Shown in pieces: positions 1 to 56,871 of a stretch of DNA of 64,000 nucleotides. How positions within the stretch are numbered: position 1 is the stretch's first letter; each line of letters opens with the position of its first letter. A program made the translations under genes and the position numbers. The stretch is taken from the NCBI RefSeq assembly GCF_009914755.1, contig NC_060943.1. One strand, given 5' to 3'. The notes below the pieces were generated by a model. The model was given only the letters and a program-made list of their open reading frames with translations, was not told where the DNA came from and made no database searches. Origin of the DNA: the human T2T-CHM13v2.0 reference genome, Homo sapiens.

Positions 1-188
1 GGGCACCTCAAACTTTCTGTCGTTTCCCCAGGCACTCTCAGAATTCCTTCACGGGGCTCTCATGATCCCCCAGGGTCCCCCAGCACCCAGGCGAAAGGAG
101 CTTAGGCTTCTTTGAGGGGGAGGGCAGGAGGCCAGAGCAATGATCCAAGTGGAAGGAACTGGATCAGAACCCTGGCACAGCCTAGAAC

Positions 189-3729
<3,541 letters not shown>

Positions 3730-3920
3730 CTAAACTGCTGAACTATACACTTTGAAATGCTCTATTTTACCACAAACTTTTTTTTTAAAGCAATAGGAGG
3801 AAAAGAATTAGCTGATGGGGCAGAGGGAGACAGACGTCCCCTCCTAGAGGATTCTGGGTAGGGGTTGAACTGCCCCAGCTCCTCCCGAACCCCTTTCCAA
3901 ACTGTCTCTACCTCCCCCAG

Positions 3921-18438
<14,518 letters not shown>

Positions 18439-18537
18439 TGCCTGAGCGCCACCTACTGCATTTTGGACACCTCACACCAAGGGGAGATGCACCCCACGGA
18501 CACCTGGGACTTTCCCCTTCTGGTTCCTGTGTCTCCC

Positions 18538-18543
18538 AATAAA
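18538..18543 (+). terminator. ALDH16A1: ALDH16A1 polyadenylation signal AATAAA
   Basis: Canonical hexamer 100 nt after the stop codon. Confidence 0.8.
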
Positions 18544-18609
18544 CTCTCTGACCAACCCTAGCTGTGCTTCTGCGAGAAGAAAGGGTGTAGCAACTTCTGG
18601 CAGATATGA

Positions 18610-18984
<375 letters not shown>

Positions 18985-19173
18985 TAAAGGAACTCTCTGG
19001 AATAAAATTAAAGTCCTCCTATATGACTTTTGTCAATTTCCATGATGTAAATGCTCCCACCGTGCCGGATTTCAAGGTACAGGTGATTAAACAACTGCCT
19101 GAGAGATCCTGAATTGTTAACAGGTCAGCTCCCATGAGCCAATACGAGCCGCTTCAGCACACCACTGCCTTAG

Positions 19174-19482
<309 letters not shown>

Positions 19483-19671
19483 TAAGCCACTGCGCACGAC
19501 TGTTGATTTTTAAATAAAGGATCTTGCTCTGTTTTTTAGGCTGTAATACAGTGGCGCAGTCACAGCTTACTGAACCCACCCTCGACCTGGGCTCAATCCT
19601 CCCACCTCGGCCGGGCGTGGTGGCTCACGCCTATAATCCCAGCACTTTGGGAGGCCGAGGCAGGTGGATCA

Positions 19672-20033
<362 letters not shown>

Positions 20034-21518
20034 TCAAGCGATCCTCTCGCCTCAGCCTTTCAAAGTGTGGGACTGCAGGCATCAGCCACCACACCTGAAG
20101 TAGAATTCTTTTTGATGTAAGAAACCCACTCTTACTAGTTTAGGATAAAAGGGAGTTTTCAGAGGCCAGGCTCGGTGACTCAGGCCTGTAATCCCAACAC
20201 TTTGGGAGGCCGAAGTAGGCGGATCACCTGAGGTCAGGAGTTTGAGAGCAGCCTGGCCAACACAGTGAAACCCTGTCTGTACTAAAAATACAAAAATTAG
20301 CTGGGTGTGGTGGCGGGCACCTGTAATCCCAATTACTCAGGAGGCTGAGGCAGAAGAATCACTCGAACCCAGGAGGCAGAGGTTGCAGTGAGCTGAGAGC
20401 ACACACTTCACTCTAGTCTGGGCAACAGAGCAAGGCTCCATCTCAAAGAAAAAAAAAATGAGAGTTTTCCGGACTAGGTGTGGCAGTTCACACCTGTAAT
20501 CCCAGCACTTTGGGAGGCCGAGGTGGGTGGATCACTTGTCAGAAGTTTGAGACCAGCCTGGGCACCATGGTGAAATCCCGACTCTACTAAAATTATAAAA
20601 ATTAGCCAGGCGTGGTGGCGGCACCTGAAATCCCAGCTATCTGGGAGGCAGGAGAATTGCTTGAACCTGGGAGGCAGAGGGGGAGCTTGCAGTGAGCCAA
20701 GATCGTGCCACTGCACTCCAGCCTGGGCAACACAGCGAGACTCGGTCTCAAAAAAAAAAGAGAGAGAGAGAGGAGTCTTCTGGAAGGCTACAGAGATTCC
20801 CTAGAGGCAATAGGGCGATAGGGCAGGACACACATTGAGGGGCCCCAGGACTTGGTCAGGAAGGAGCTAGAGCAGGTCCTTTGTCCATGGGCCACATGAG
20901 CTATTGGGGCTTGTATCTCTGCCTCTCTGCTTCATTTAAATCTTTCTAGCCAGATGGAAGGTCTGACCATTGGGTGCGACAAGGCAGCTAACCCAGGCTG
21001 AACAGGAAGTGAGGCAGGCAGAGGGATCAGGGAAGGGAAATGGATGATGAAGGCCAGGACGGGCGAGGCTTTGCTGCAGTAACACATAACCCCCGAATCT
21101 GCGTGGGCCACAACCACAACATTAGTTTGTTGCTTACACTCCCTGTGCTCATCCGGGGCTGGCAGGATCCCTGTGCTCCTCCGAGTGGCACAGGAAACTT
21201 GGCTGATAGAGGCGCTCTCTCCATGCATCCTCCACCATCCACTCCCCGGTCCCTTAGACTTCCATTCAGAAGTGACACCTGTCACCTCCACCCTCATGTG
21301 ACTGGCCAAAGTGAGTGTGGCCATGTCCGAGTTCCCCAGGATGGGACCTCGAATCCTCCTGCTGGGGGGGTGGGGGCAGCAGATGTTTCAGGACAGTCTG
21401 CCACGGATCAGATGGGTGAGCAAGAGATTCAGGATGGGCGTGATGGGTCACACCTGTAATCCCAGCATTTTGGGAGGCCGAGGCAGGCTGATCACCTGAG
21501 GTCAGGAGTTCGAGATCA

Positions 21519-21710
<192 letters not shown>

Positions 21711-22090
21711 CTAAAAAAAAAAAATGCTTCAGAGATTCAGAGATCCACAGATGTGGAAGAGAGCTTCTATTTTGTCTCATGTACCACCTCACCCCTCAGT
21801 TTGGAGTTGGAGAAGCCGAGGCTTAGAGAGGTCAAGGGGCTGGCCAAGCTCCCACAGTGATAAAGCTAGTGCTAGGGCGACACCTGCCAGGCCCAATGTG
21901 ACAAGATGCATCCTGAGTCCTGTGTGCCAAGCCTTGGCGGGGCAAAGTTGGGGCCCGGAGGACGGTAAGACACAGCAACTGCGAGTTCCCAGAGACAGAT
22001 CCGGGTTCCAGCCCCAGCTCACCATGCACTGGGCGTGCCACCCAGGGAGTCAGCCCCACTGCAGCCCCCGCTGCGGGGCGTCCGGAGAAC

Positions 22091-22199
22091 GCGCCATCTG
22101 CGGCGTGAGCGGCCGCCTCTCACCACCAGGGGGCGCGCTCCGCCTGGGCCCAGATTCCACCCCTTGACTGTCTCCCCCCAAAAATTTCCTTTCACTTTC
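22091..22199. promoter_or_regulatory. FLT3LG: FLT3LG proximal promoter: CTCF motif(s) and IRF/ISRE-type element
   Basis: CpG-rich region. CCACCAGGGGGCGC at 22123-22136 matches the CTCF consensus. TTTCCTTTCACTTTC at 22185-22199 reads GAAAGTGAAAGGAAA on the - strand. Confidence 0.65.
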
Positions 22200-22254
22200 G
22201 GTCTCTGGCTGTCACCCGGCTTGGCCCCTTCCACACCCAACTGGGGCAAGCCTG
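22181..22254 (+). other. FLT3LG: FLT3LG non-coding exon 1 (5' end approximate)
   Basis: Donor CTG|GTGCGT at 22254/5. The exon 2 acceptor is at 22575/6. Confidence 0.7.
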
Positions 22255-22592
22255 GTGCGTGAGGAGACTTGGACTCTAGGTCCCCAAGGGGCGGAGCCAG
22301 GGTCCCCACTCCTGGGGCAGGGGGAGCAGAGGGTGGGGGGCTGGGTTCCCGGGTCCCTAACCTGGGGAGGGTTCTGGGGACCAGACGTCGAGGTTCTTAG
22401 AAGTGGAGATGAAGAGTTTTCACCGTAACTGGGGCAGACGCAGGAAGCCTGGGGGAGGAAGGGGCGGAAACTCAGCCACATCAATGGGACGCGGGAGGGG
22501 CGGGGAGGCAAAGGGGCGGGCAGGGCAGGGGCTGGGGCATGAGGGTCCGAGACTTGTTCTTCTGTCCCTTCCAAGACCCGGCGACAGGAGGC

Positions 22593-22612
22593 ATGAGGGG
22601 CCCCCGGCCGAA

Positions 22613-22616
<4 letters not shown>
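22593..22616 (+). other. uORF MRGPRPK* in the FLT3LG 5'UTR; its stop overlaps the main start (AUGA)
   Basis: ATG AGG GGC CCC CGG CCG AAA TGA; the main ATG is 22613-22615. Confidence 0.6.
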
Positions 22617-28577
<5,961 letters not shown>

Positions 28578-28727
28578 CCTGGCCAAGGCCTCATCCTGGT
28601 GAGTCCTTCCTGGGCTATGGGGCCTGGACTTTGTGTCTGCAGGTTGGGAGGGTCACTAGGAGGCCATGGAAGGGTGGTGAGCAGTGGAGGGGCAGGGGCA
28701 GCTCTAGGTGCAGAAAGACCCCTCTGG

Positions 28728-33782
<5,055 letters not shown>

Positions 33783-33929
33783 GAAATATAGAGAACATTT
33801 CTATCATGGCCACGTTCTCTTGGACAGCAATGCCCTAGCACATAGTAAGCGCTTGCTGGGAATGGAGTTGTTTTGGGCATAAATCTGTGGCCCGCCCCAA
33901 GCTAAGCTACTTTCCCTCTCCTCTCTCAG

Positions 33930-34197
33930 CGGAGCCTTAAACAACGCAGTGAGACAGACATCTATCATCCCATTTTACAGGGGAGGATACTGAGGCACAC
34001 AGAGGGGAGTCACCAGCCAGAGGATGCATAGCCTGGACACAGAGGAAGTTGGCTAGAGGCCGGTCCCTTCCTTGGGCCCCTCTCATTCCCTCCCCAGAAT
34101 GGAGGCAACGCCAGAATCCAGCACCGGCCCCACTTACCCAACTCTGTACAAAGCCCTTGTCCCCATGAAATTGTATATAAATCATCCTTTTCTACCA
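33930..34197 (+). other. FLT3LG: FLT3LG terminal 3'UTR exon (after a 5.3-kb 3'UTR intron, donor at 28598/9); variant PAS TATAAA at 34176-34181
   Basis: Acceptor ctctctcag|CGGAGCC. Matches the FLT3LG 3'UTR as I recall it. Contains a MIR-like core. Confidence 0.8.
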
Positions 34198-35239
34198 GCT
34201 CTGGCCAGGTCTGTCTATGGATGGGTGTGAATGGGGTAGTTTTGATTTCAGAATCTTGGTTTTTGAATTGCAATGCAATGTTTCATTCAATACGTGTTTT
34301 CTGAGGTCCCCTGGAGCCCCGGGCCGGCGCTGGGCAATGTCAGAGCCTGGATTTGAGTCAGAACCAGCCCAGGTGCCCCAGGTCTCCTTGGCTATGGACG
34401 AGAAGACAAGGGATTCAGCGAGCCTGGGTGCAGGATGCCATAGGCTACTATGGAGATAGAACAGAGGCAGTGTGAGGGGCAACTCACCCAGGCAGGGAGA
34501 GCAGAGAGGCTTTCCAGAGCCAAATGGCATTGCGATGGTGACAAGCCAGATTTGGAGGGGGTGGGGAGGGCATCCTGGGCAAGGGACCCAGCTGAAGCAA
34601 AGGCCGACAGTCCAGAAAGTGAGAAGTTCCTCTGAGGAACGCTCAGTGGATTGGTGCAGCCAGGCAACTAGAAGCCATTCCTTGATCCACTCTTAGAGCC
34701 CCTGGGGAAGACCACCTCCATCTGTTTTACAGATGGATAAACTGAGGCCCAGATAAGGCCAAGGGTTTGTCCAGGTCACAGTGAAGTCGACCAGACACAG
34801 GAATCCAAATCTCTAAGCCTAGAATGGGCAAGGCTCCGGGGCTCACGCCGGTAATCCCAGCACTTTGGGAGGCCGAAACGGGAGGATCGCTTGAGCCCAG
34901 GAGTTCGAGATCAGCCTGGCCAACATGTCAGACTCCCCCCGTTCCCGGGCCACAACAAAATATATATATATATATATATTAGCCAGGCATGGTGGCGCGC
35001 CCCTGTAGTCCAAGTTACTCGAGAGGCTGAGGCAGGAGGATCCCTTGAGCCCAGGAAGTGGAGGCTGCGGTGAGCCATGATCGCCCCACAGCACTCTGGT
35101 GTGGACAACACAGCGAGACCCTGTCTCACAAAATAAAGTAAGCCCGGACTGAGTGCGGAAAGGCGGGCCTGGCGGGTCTGGTCTCCCCATGCGGGCCACC
35201 AGAGGCCCTGCAGCCTTCAGTCGCTTGAAGGGGTAATGG

Positions 35240-35595
35240 CGCTTCCACTCACAAACATGGCGGACAGAGCGTGTGAACGAGATGAACAGCCCCTCAAAAA
35301 TATGGCCGCCGAGGCTGGACGGCCGTGCCCCAGCAGCACCGCCTCCGCGCCCCACGTGATCTCTCGCCGGGCACCGCGCTGACCGCGGAGGTCCAACCGG
35401 AAGAATGTCCGGATTGGACATTCGGAAGAGGGCCCGCCTTCCCTGGGGAATCTCTGCGCACGCGCAGAACGCTTCGACCAATGAAAACACAGGAAGCCGT
35501 CTGCGCAACCGCGTTGCGTCACTTCTGCCGCCCCTGTTTCAAGGGATAAGAGACCCTGCGACAAAACCTCCTCCTTTTCCAAGCGGCTGCCGAAG
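35240..35595 (+). promoter_or_regulatory. RPL13A: RPL13A CpG-island promoter and 5'TOP tract
   Basis: YY1-like ATGGCGG/ATGGCCG, ETS CCGGAAG, GTCACTTC, and pyrimidine tract CCTCCTCCTTTTCC at 35567-35580. Confidence 0.85.
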
Positions 35596-39780
<4,185 letters not shown>

Positions 39781-39784
39781 GCCC

Positions 39785-39790
39785 AATAAA
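39785..39790 (+). terminator. RPL13A: RPL13A proximal polyA signal
   Basis: AATAAA 4 nt after the stop codon. Confidence 0.85.
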
Positions 39791-40252
39791 GACTGTTAAT
39801 TCCTCATGCGTTGCCTGCCCTTCCTCCATTGTTGCCCTGGAATGTACGGGACCCAGGGGCAGCAGCAGTCCAGGTGCCACAGGCAGCCCTGGGACATAGG
39901 AAGCTGGGAGCAAGGAAAGGGTCTTAGTCACTGCCTCCCGAAGTTGCTTGAAAGCACTCGGAGAATTGTGCAGGTGTCATTTATCTATGACCAATAGGAA
40001 GAGCAACCAGTTACTATGAGTGAAAGGGAGCCAGAAGACTGATTGGAGGGCCCTATCTTGTGAGTGGGGCATCTGTTGGACTTTCCACCTGGTCATATAC
40101 TCTGCAGCTGTTAGAATGTGCAAGCACTTGGGGACAGCATGAGCTTGCTGTTGTACACAGGGTATTTCTAGAAGCAGAAATAGACTGGGAAGATGCACAA
40201 CCAAGGGGTTACAGGCATCGCCCATGCTCCTCACCTGTATTTTGTAATCAGA

Positions 40253-40258
40253 AATAAA
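40253..40258 (+). terminator. RPL13A: RPL13A distal polyA signal (long 3'UTR)
   Basis: AATAAA preceded by TGTA elements and followed by GT/T-rich sequence. Confidence 0.7.
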
Positions 40259-41361
40259 TTGCTTTTAAAGAAATCTGGCGTCTTTGCACTGTGTCTGCTG
40301 TGGAGGCAGGCCCCTGGCAAATGGGGGGTGAGGAGCTTGAAGAGGGTAGAATGGGCTGTGCTAATATACAGAATATATGTAACTTGCTATAAATTGAATG
40401 ATCCTTTATAGACACCGTTTACAAACCAAAGACATAAAATGTGGCCAGCAGTGCCTGGTGCTTCCTAGTTAATGTAAAGCTGTCTCATTCTAATTCAGCT
40501 GCAAAGTATGGACCCATGCCCTGCTGCCAGGCTGCTGTAGTCCCGGCGGTCTGTAGAGACTAGCATTTTGCAAATGATAAGCACTAGAATAACAGATAAC
40601 ACTAGGCTTTATGCACTAAGAGAACCCATTAGATCTGCCAGTCTGAATCCCAGAAAGGGCACTGATACAGAGCATTTAGTACTAGGTAGCAATTTCATAA
40701 AATGTCCCTGGTCAAAGCTTGCTGGAGCAGGCCCCGTTCCCATTTTACTGATGTCTAGCAGTCGTGTTCAGTAATACGTCATACCCAGGTCTCCACGCTA
40801 AACAGCCTAAACACTAAAAGTAAACATGCTGTGAAGTAAAGGAAGCTAGATTCATGCTGTCCTTGCGGTTGGATGCCAAGATTCAGGAGTAACTGTTACC
40901 TGTATACTTACATGTACAACCTTACCCCAGAGAAAGATGAGTGGACAGTGATGTGCATTGTGTTGATAGCAGATTATAACTTGCCACACCATTCCATCAG
41001 GGGCTTATTAACCTTTCCAGAAGAGTCTGAAGAGACCGCAGTGGCTTGTGTTTTCCCTGAGAATCAGTGAACATGGGTGGTGCCTACCCCTGCCAGAGTC
41101 CCCACATGGATTCTCATCCACCAGAGAAGCCGACTCCAGAAATAACCAGACTTAGAGCATAATCTTCAATTTCACCAATTCCATGTGAAACGGCACAATT
41201 ATCCTCCAAAAGCATGATCCATTAGCAAATGGGAATGTGGGCTTTATAAAAATTTTTAAGACTGAGAAGACACCATCAGGAAAGACGAGCCACAGACTAG
41301 GAGAAAACATTTACAAGTCATCTCTTTTTGAAGGTCTTGTATCCTGCCATAAAGAACTCTT

Positions 41362-47619
<6,258 letters not shown>

Positions 47620-47649
47620 GGCTGGACATCGGCCCGCTCCCCACAATGA

Positions 47650-47655
47650 AATAAA
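47650..47655 (+). terminator. RPS11: RPS11 polyA signal
   Basis: AATAAA 30 nt after the stop codon. Confidence 0.85.
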
Positions 47656-48769
47656 GTTATTTTCTCATTCCCAGGCCAGACTTGGGATCTTCCGCGCCTT
47701 TACCAGAGCATTGGTGGGGGTGGGGGTGTGCCTCGGGGAATTGGGCAGAGCTGCTGTCAGAGAGGCTGCCTGCCCATGTCTGTGGGTGAGGACAGTGGAG
47801 CCTGAACTGAGATGCCTGCCTTCCCCTGGGTCTCCTTCTTTGGTCCTTGTCACCTTTTCGGTGTCTGAATAAGGCTGATTACCTGGCGTTGCGCTGTCCC
47901 CCCGCCCCCTCCGGTCTCTGGGGAGGAAGTGAGTGACGGCGGAGGCCCCTGGGTCCTCCAGGCCCTGGTCTGTCTCTTTTCTGACCACCTCGGGTGGGGA
48001 GGGGAAGAAGCTGCAGCCCCCCCTGCTGTGGGCATGGGCTCACCCAGGTAGAGTGGGATGTGCTGAGGCCCTGTTGTCTGGCTGTGAAGTGTAAAGGTCT
48101 TGACTTTAGCCTGGGCCTCCTATCCCTCCTTACAGCCAAGGATGGGGGCCCCATGCACGCACCACACACGCCTAGTTGGGCACCAGGCCTATCTGCAGAT
48201 GAGGAAACTCATCTGGGAGAGGCCAAGCCCTCCACCTGAAGTCCCAGTGAGTAGCTGAGTTACAGGTCTCAGATTCTAGAAACTTCCTCTGCGCCAGCTG
48301 CCTCAAAATCGCAGTAAGGAAATTGGTGGTGTGGGCAAGTGGCATCATGAGGCTCCCCTGGAGCCTGTTCAGTGGTACCGGGGCCCAGGCTGCTGGGAAG
48401 GAAGTGGGCAGGAAGCGTCCGGAGACGGCCCAACACACACAGGCCGCAGAGATGGGGGCCTTGAGAGGAACAGGACAGGACACACGGTGGCCCAGGGTTG
48501 TGGCACATGGGGAGGAGGGGTTTTGCAGAGCTGGGGAGAGCACAGAGACCACCGCGAGAGGCAGGTACAATAGAAACAGGTGTACTTTGCGCATCACACA
48601 GAGGTGGGGACGACAGGCATGGGGTGGGGGCGGTGAGGCAGGAGCGCACCAGAGGATATGTGGGACCCGAAGGGGAGAGACGCATAAAAGCCGCAGCAGA
48701 GATGGGAGTACAGGGAGGGGAGGTCCCAATGCCCGCTCACCTCACCCCTTGGGGCCTGCCGGTGCCGGG

Positions 48770-48853
48770 GTCCCCAGGTCCCTGTCCCCCAGGCCTGTAC
48801 CAGGGTCTGAGCCCAGCACTGGTACAAGGGTTGGGAGACAGGGCCATGGGGAG
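48770..48853 (-). ncRNA. MIR150: pre-miR-150 hairpin (miR-150-5p at 48817-48838)
   Basis: The reverse complement contains TCTCCCAACCCTTGTACCAGTG (5p) and CTGGTACAGGCCTGGGGGACAG (3p). Confidence 0.98.
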
Positions 48854-49959
48854 AGGAGCCGCCGCTGCCGCTGCTGCCTCGGGGACGCTGCCTCCCCGTG
48901 GGCCCAGTCCCTGCCTTATACCCAGGTCCAGGGAGGGCGGGGGTTCCTGCCAGAGGAAGTGGGGCCGCATCAAAGAGGGCAGGAAGGGGCAGGGACAGGT
49001 TGGGGGGACGCCACCCTGAGTCGCAGAAACTGCACACCCACTCCACCCTATGCTGGGGGCAGTAGAGAACCAGCAAGGGGCAAAAAGGGAGTGTGGACTC
49101 CAGAGGGAGGGGACGGAGACCCAGAGGGGAATAGGAGGTTGCGGCCCCCTCCCCTCAGCCGCAGGTGTTTCCGTTCGGGTGGGGCTGCTGTGTTTACAAC
49201 AACAGCCCGGCTCCCCGGTTTCCTCCTTGATTGTTGGGGCGTCTCCTTGGCACCCCATCACGTCAGGTGGTGTGCTGAGGTCAGAGTGTGTGCTGGGGAA
49301 GGACCTCTGCTGGGCCTGCTGGATTGCAAAGAGCAAGTTTAAAAGACCCCCTCGGACCCCTTGACAGGCCTTCCACCTGAAGAGTGGGGATAAGGACCAT
49401 AGGTTCTTTTTATTTTTTTATTTTTATTTTATTTTATTTTATTTTTGAGGCAGATTCTTGCTCTGTCGCCCAGGCTGGAGTGCAATGGCGCGATCTTGGT
49501 TCACCGCAACCTTCGCCTCCCAAGTTAAAGCGAATCTCCTGCCTCTGTCTCCTAAGTAGTTGGGATTACAGGCATGCACCACCACACCCAGCTAATTTTT
49601 TAATTTTTAGTAGAGACGGGGTTTCACCATGTTGGCCAGGCTGGTCTCGAACTCCTGACCTCATGATCCACCCATATTGGCCTCCCAAAGTGCTGGGATT
49701 TTACAGGCGTGAGCCACTGCACCCTGCCCACAGGTTATTTGATAACCCAAGGAGATACAGTTCCTAGGTCAGCGGGTTCCCCTGTCTCCCCTCCCACCTG
49801 CTCTCCCTCTCACTCAGCCCCACACCCCCAGCACCCACCAGACCTGCTGTTCCTCTGAGCCTCCTCACCATCTGTTCCCTCTATGTGGAATACTCTGACC
49901 TGGAGTTTCCACCTGGCTCCCTCCCTCACTCTCTTTGTCTTTAATTAAGTGAATGAATT

Positions 49960-50680
<721 letters not shown>

Positions 50681-51786
50681 GACTGATGGAAAAATGGATG
50701 GTGAAGGAATGAATTATGTGAAGTTGCCACATTCTGGCTGGGGGGACCTTGACCCCTAGGCTTCAGGGGCTCAATAACTGGAAGCAGTAAAGCTGAGCCA
50801 GAGGCCCCAGAGGTAGCAGAGACCCGCCGAGGCTCTTTTCCAACTTCTGGCCCTGTAGCTCCCTAGCTGTGTGTGACCTTGGACAAGAGACCCACTCCTC
50901 CACCACAGAGCCTCAGTTTCCTAATCTGTAAAATGGCTTCTTGCCTCCCTGCCCTATTGGGAGGATCAATATGCTCATGTGAGCCAGGTCCCGTGGCTCA
51001 CGGCTGTAATCCCAGCACTTTGGGAGGTTGAGGCAGGCGGATCACTTGAGGTCAGGAGTTCAAGACCATCCTGGCCAATGTGGCGAAACCATGTCTCTAC
51101 TAAAAATACAAAAATTAGCCAGTGTGATAGCGCGCACCTGTAGTCCCAGCTACTCAGGAGGCTAAGGCAGGAGAATCGCTTGAACCTGGGAGGCAGAGGT
51201 TGCAGTGAGCCGAGACAGCACTCCACCTAAGCAGCAGAGGGCGACTCAGTCTCAAAAAAAAACAATGCTCGTGTGTGATAATGGGACAGAACCAGTCCTG
51301 ATTAAGTGTACACTGGAAAGTAACAATGCCGGGGGCCCTCAGCTTGGTGTTGGAGAAAGGCCCATAGTGTCATGTTACAGCATCCTGTGGGGCCCCTTGG
51401 GCAGGCTTAAGGACCAGGGCCTCTGGCAGGCAGCCCTTGCTGTAATGGACCCACGGTTTTTATTTTAATATTTGTTGTATGGTTGCGGAATCCTGGCTCC
51501 ATTACAGCAAGCCCTGGTAGTTTGTCACGGGATGTTGAGTCTGTTTTAGCATGCCTCTGGAATATTCTGTCGAATACCTATTATAGGGGGCCCCAATGGC
51601 CTTGCCTTTTCACAGGAAAGTTAGCTTTTATAGTGGGGTTCTGGGTTTATAATGATAGCGGTCAGGCCAGGTGCCGGGGCTCACACCTGTAATCCCACTA
51701 CTTAGGGAAGCCAGGGCAGGAGGATCGCTTGAGCCAGGAGTTAGAGACCAGCCCGAGCAACAAAGGGAGACTCCTGTCTCTATTTA

Positions 51787-52333
<547 letters not shown>

Positions 52334-52563
52334 TTAGAGCCGGATGGCCATCATTGCTGCAGCCTCCTGTGGGCTATTATAATACTAAGTAAGGCCTTGG
52401 GCTCCTGTGACAGGCCCTGCTGATATTACATGGTTGCAATACTCAGGTTAAATTATAGGCCAGCCCATGGCTACATTTATAATTATATAATATAAAATAT
52501 GTGATCGGCCGGACGCGGTGGCTCACGCCTGTAATCCCAGCACTTTGGGAGGCAGGTGGATCA

Positions 52564-52918
<355 letters not shown>

Positions 52919-53131
52919 TCAGCACTACCCTGAGCCCAACAGGAATTCCTGGGTCTAACACTGTAGTAGGTCCTGGCTCTATTACGTATTATAGCAAGAC
53001 AGGCCAGGCACAGTGGCTCAGACTGCAATCCCAGCACTTTGGGAGGCCAAGATGGGAGGCTCTCTTGAGCCCAGCAGTTTGAGACCAGCCTAGGCAACAT
53101 AGGAAGACCCCATCTCTACAAAAAAAACTTA

Positions 53132-53320
<189 letters not shown>

Positions 53321-53635
53321 TCAGAGGTCAGTATAGATTTAGCTAGAACATTCTAGCAGAACACCAACGATGTTCTAGATGAGTTTGAGGAACACATCAA
53401 GCCTTCCCAGGGACATTCATTCTACAAATGTTTATTGCGCTGTTCCCCAGGGATGGCTGCAAGAGTGAGCAAGACAGCTCCAGCCAGAGCCTGGTGTCAG
53501 AGCCTGCAATCCAGTGGGATCCCTGGGGGCCCAGCCTGGCTGCGGAGTGGGGGCGTTAACAGGAACCGGGGGCTACTATGGACGCCCTGTGTGCCACGTG
53601 GAGCCTTTGGCCTGCTGAAGCCTCTAATGAAATAG

Positions 53636-54637
<1,002 letters not shown>

Positions 54638-54991
54638 ATAAAGACACAATTATTATCCCCATTTTCCAGATAAAGAACCTTTGGCTGGGAGAGGTGTACC
54701 TGGAAGAGTCGTGTTTTGGTTTTGAACTCAGGTGTGATTGCCCCCCAGGTCAGTAGGGGGCACTATTGTGTAAGGGTGGAGAGGAGGGGCAGCGGTTAGG
54801 TGGTTCAGGGTGCACAGCTCAAAGCTGCCTGGGGCCATTCTAGGCACAGAGGCAGGGGCCAGGGCCGGCTTTAAGGCCAGCTCCTCGTGCAGTCTGAGGA
54901 GTGGATCAGAAGGGACCAGCACCTGGTGAGTGCTCTACTTGAACCATCTTGAAACTGGAACCAAGGGGACCACATTTTTGTTTTATGCTGA

Positions 54992-55303
<312 letters not shown>

Positions 55304-55426
55304 TGATCCGCCCACCTCAGCCTCCCAAAGTGCTGGGATTACAGGAGTGAGCCACCGGCGCCCGGCTCTTCCGGCTCTTTTCTTTTCTTTTTCCTTTTCT
55401 TTCTTTCTTTTTTTTTTTTTTTTTGA

Positions 55427-55639
<213 letters not shown>

Positions 55640-56224
55640 TGATCTGCTCGCCTCGGCCTCCCAAAGTGCTGGGATTACAGGCATGAGCCACCGCGCCCGG
55701 CCTTGCCAGGGGCTTTCTACTGCACTATAGTGTGGACTTCAGGACATTGTAGCTGTCCTGGGGGAGCCCAGGTGACAGTCTAAGGGGGTTCTAATAGAGC
55801 CCTGGGGACATGACAGCAGGATCCCAGGGGGAGAGAGGGTGTAGTCAGGGCTCATTAGAACAGAGCCCTGAGGATCTGATGCAAGTCAACCAGCTGATGC
55901 TATAAATGGGCTCCAGAGACATTGCAGGAACCCAGGGCATCTGCAAGGGTTTCCCAGGTGGCACTAAGGGACCTTGAGGCCTTTTTCTTTTTCTTTTTCT
56001 TTTTCTTTAGGGTCTCGCTCAGTCATCCAGGTTGGAGTGCTGTGATGCAATCATGGCTCACTGCAACGTTGACTGAGACCTTTTTCTTCCGTGACAGGAA
56101 GGAGGGCTATGATGGGGAATGTCTAGGCAGACCCCTGGGAGGCCTCCTGGTTAAAGCCCCAGGCCATTACAACAGCAAGGAGAGGAGATCAGAATGGGGC
56201 AAGGAAAGACACTCCAGATGACCA

Positions 56225-56590
56225 CGGCCAGCTGAATCATGGCCTCAGAGACGTCCATGCCCTAATCCCCCAAAACCTCTGGCTGTGGCCTTATATGGGA
56301 AAAGGGACTTTGTGATGTGATTAGGTTAGGTTCAGATGGGGAGACGATCTCGGATTATCCAAGTAGCCCTAAACATAATCACAGGACTCCTTTGGAGAGG
56401 GAGGCAGGCGGGTTGGTGTCGGAGAGAGAAGACGTGAGGACCGACATATGGGTCAGAGAGGGGAGAGGATGCCGTGCTGCTGGCCTTGAAGATGGAGGAC
56501 TGGGCCATGAGCCAAGGAATGCTGGTAGCTTCTAGAAGCTGGGAAAGGCAAAAACACCGATTCTTCCCTGGAGCCTCCAGAAAGAACACA
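56225..56590 (+). mobile_element. MLT1-type (ERVL-MaLR) solo LTR
   Basis: Typical MLT1 motifs: CCTTATATGGGAAAAGGGACTTTG...GGCCTTGAAGATGGAGG...GCCATGAGCCAAGGAATGC...CCCTGGAGCCTCCAGAAAGAAC. Confidence 0.75.
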
Positions 56591-56613
56591 AAATTGTTGG
56601 GTGCGGTGGTTCA

Positions 56614-56871
<258 letters not shown>

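Noticed and set aside
48323-49342. 339-aa + strand ORF across MIR150
   Set aside because: GC-rich, non-ATG start, no recognisable domain, and antisense to the miR-150 unit.
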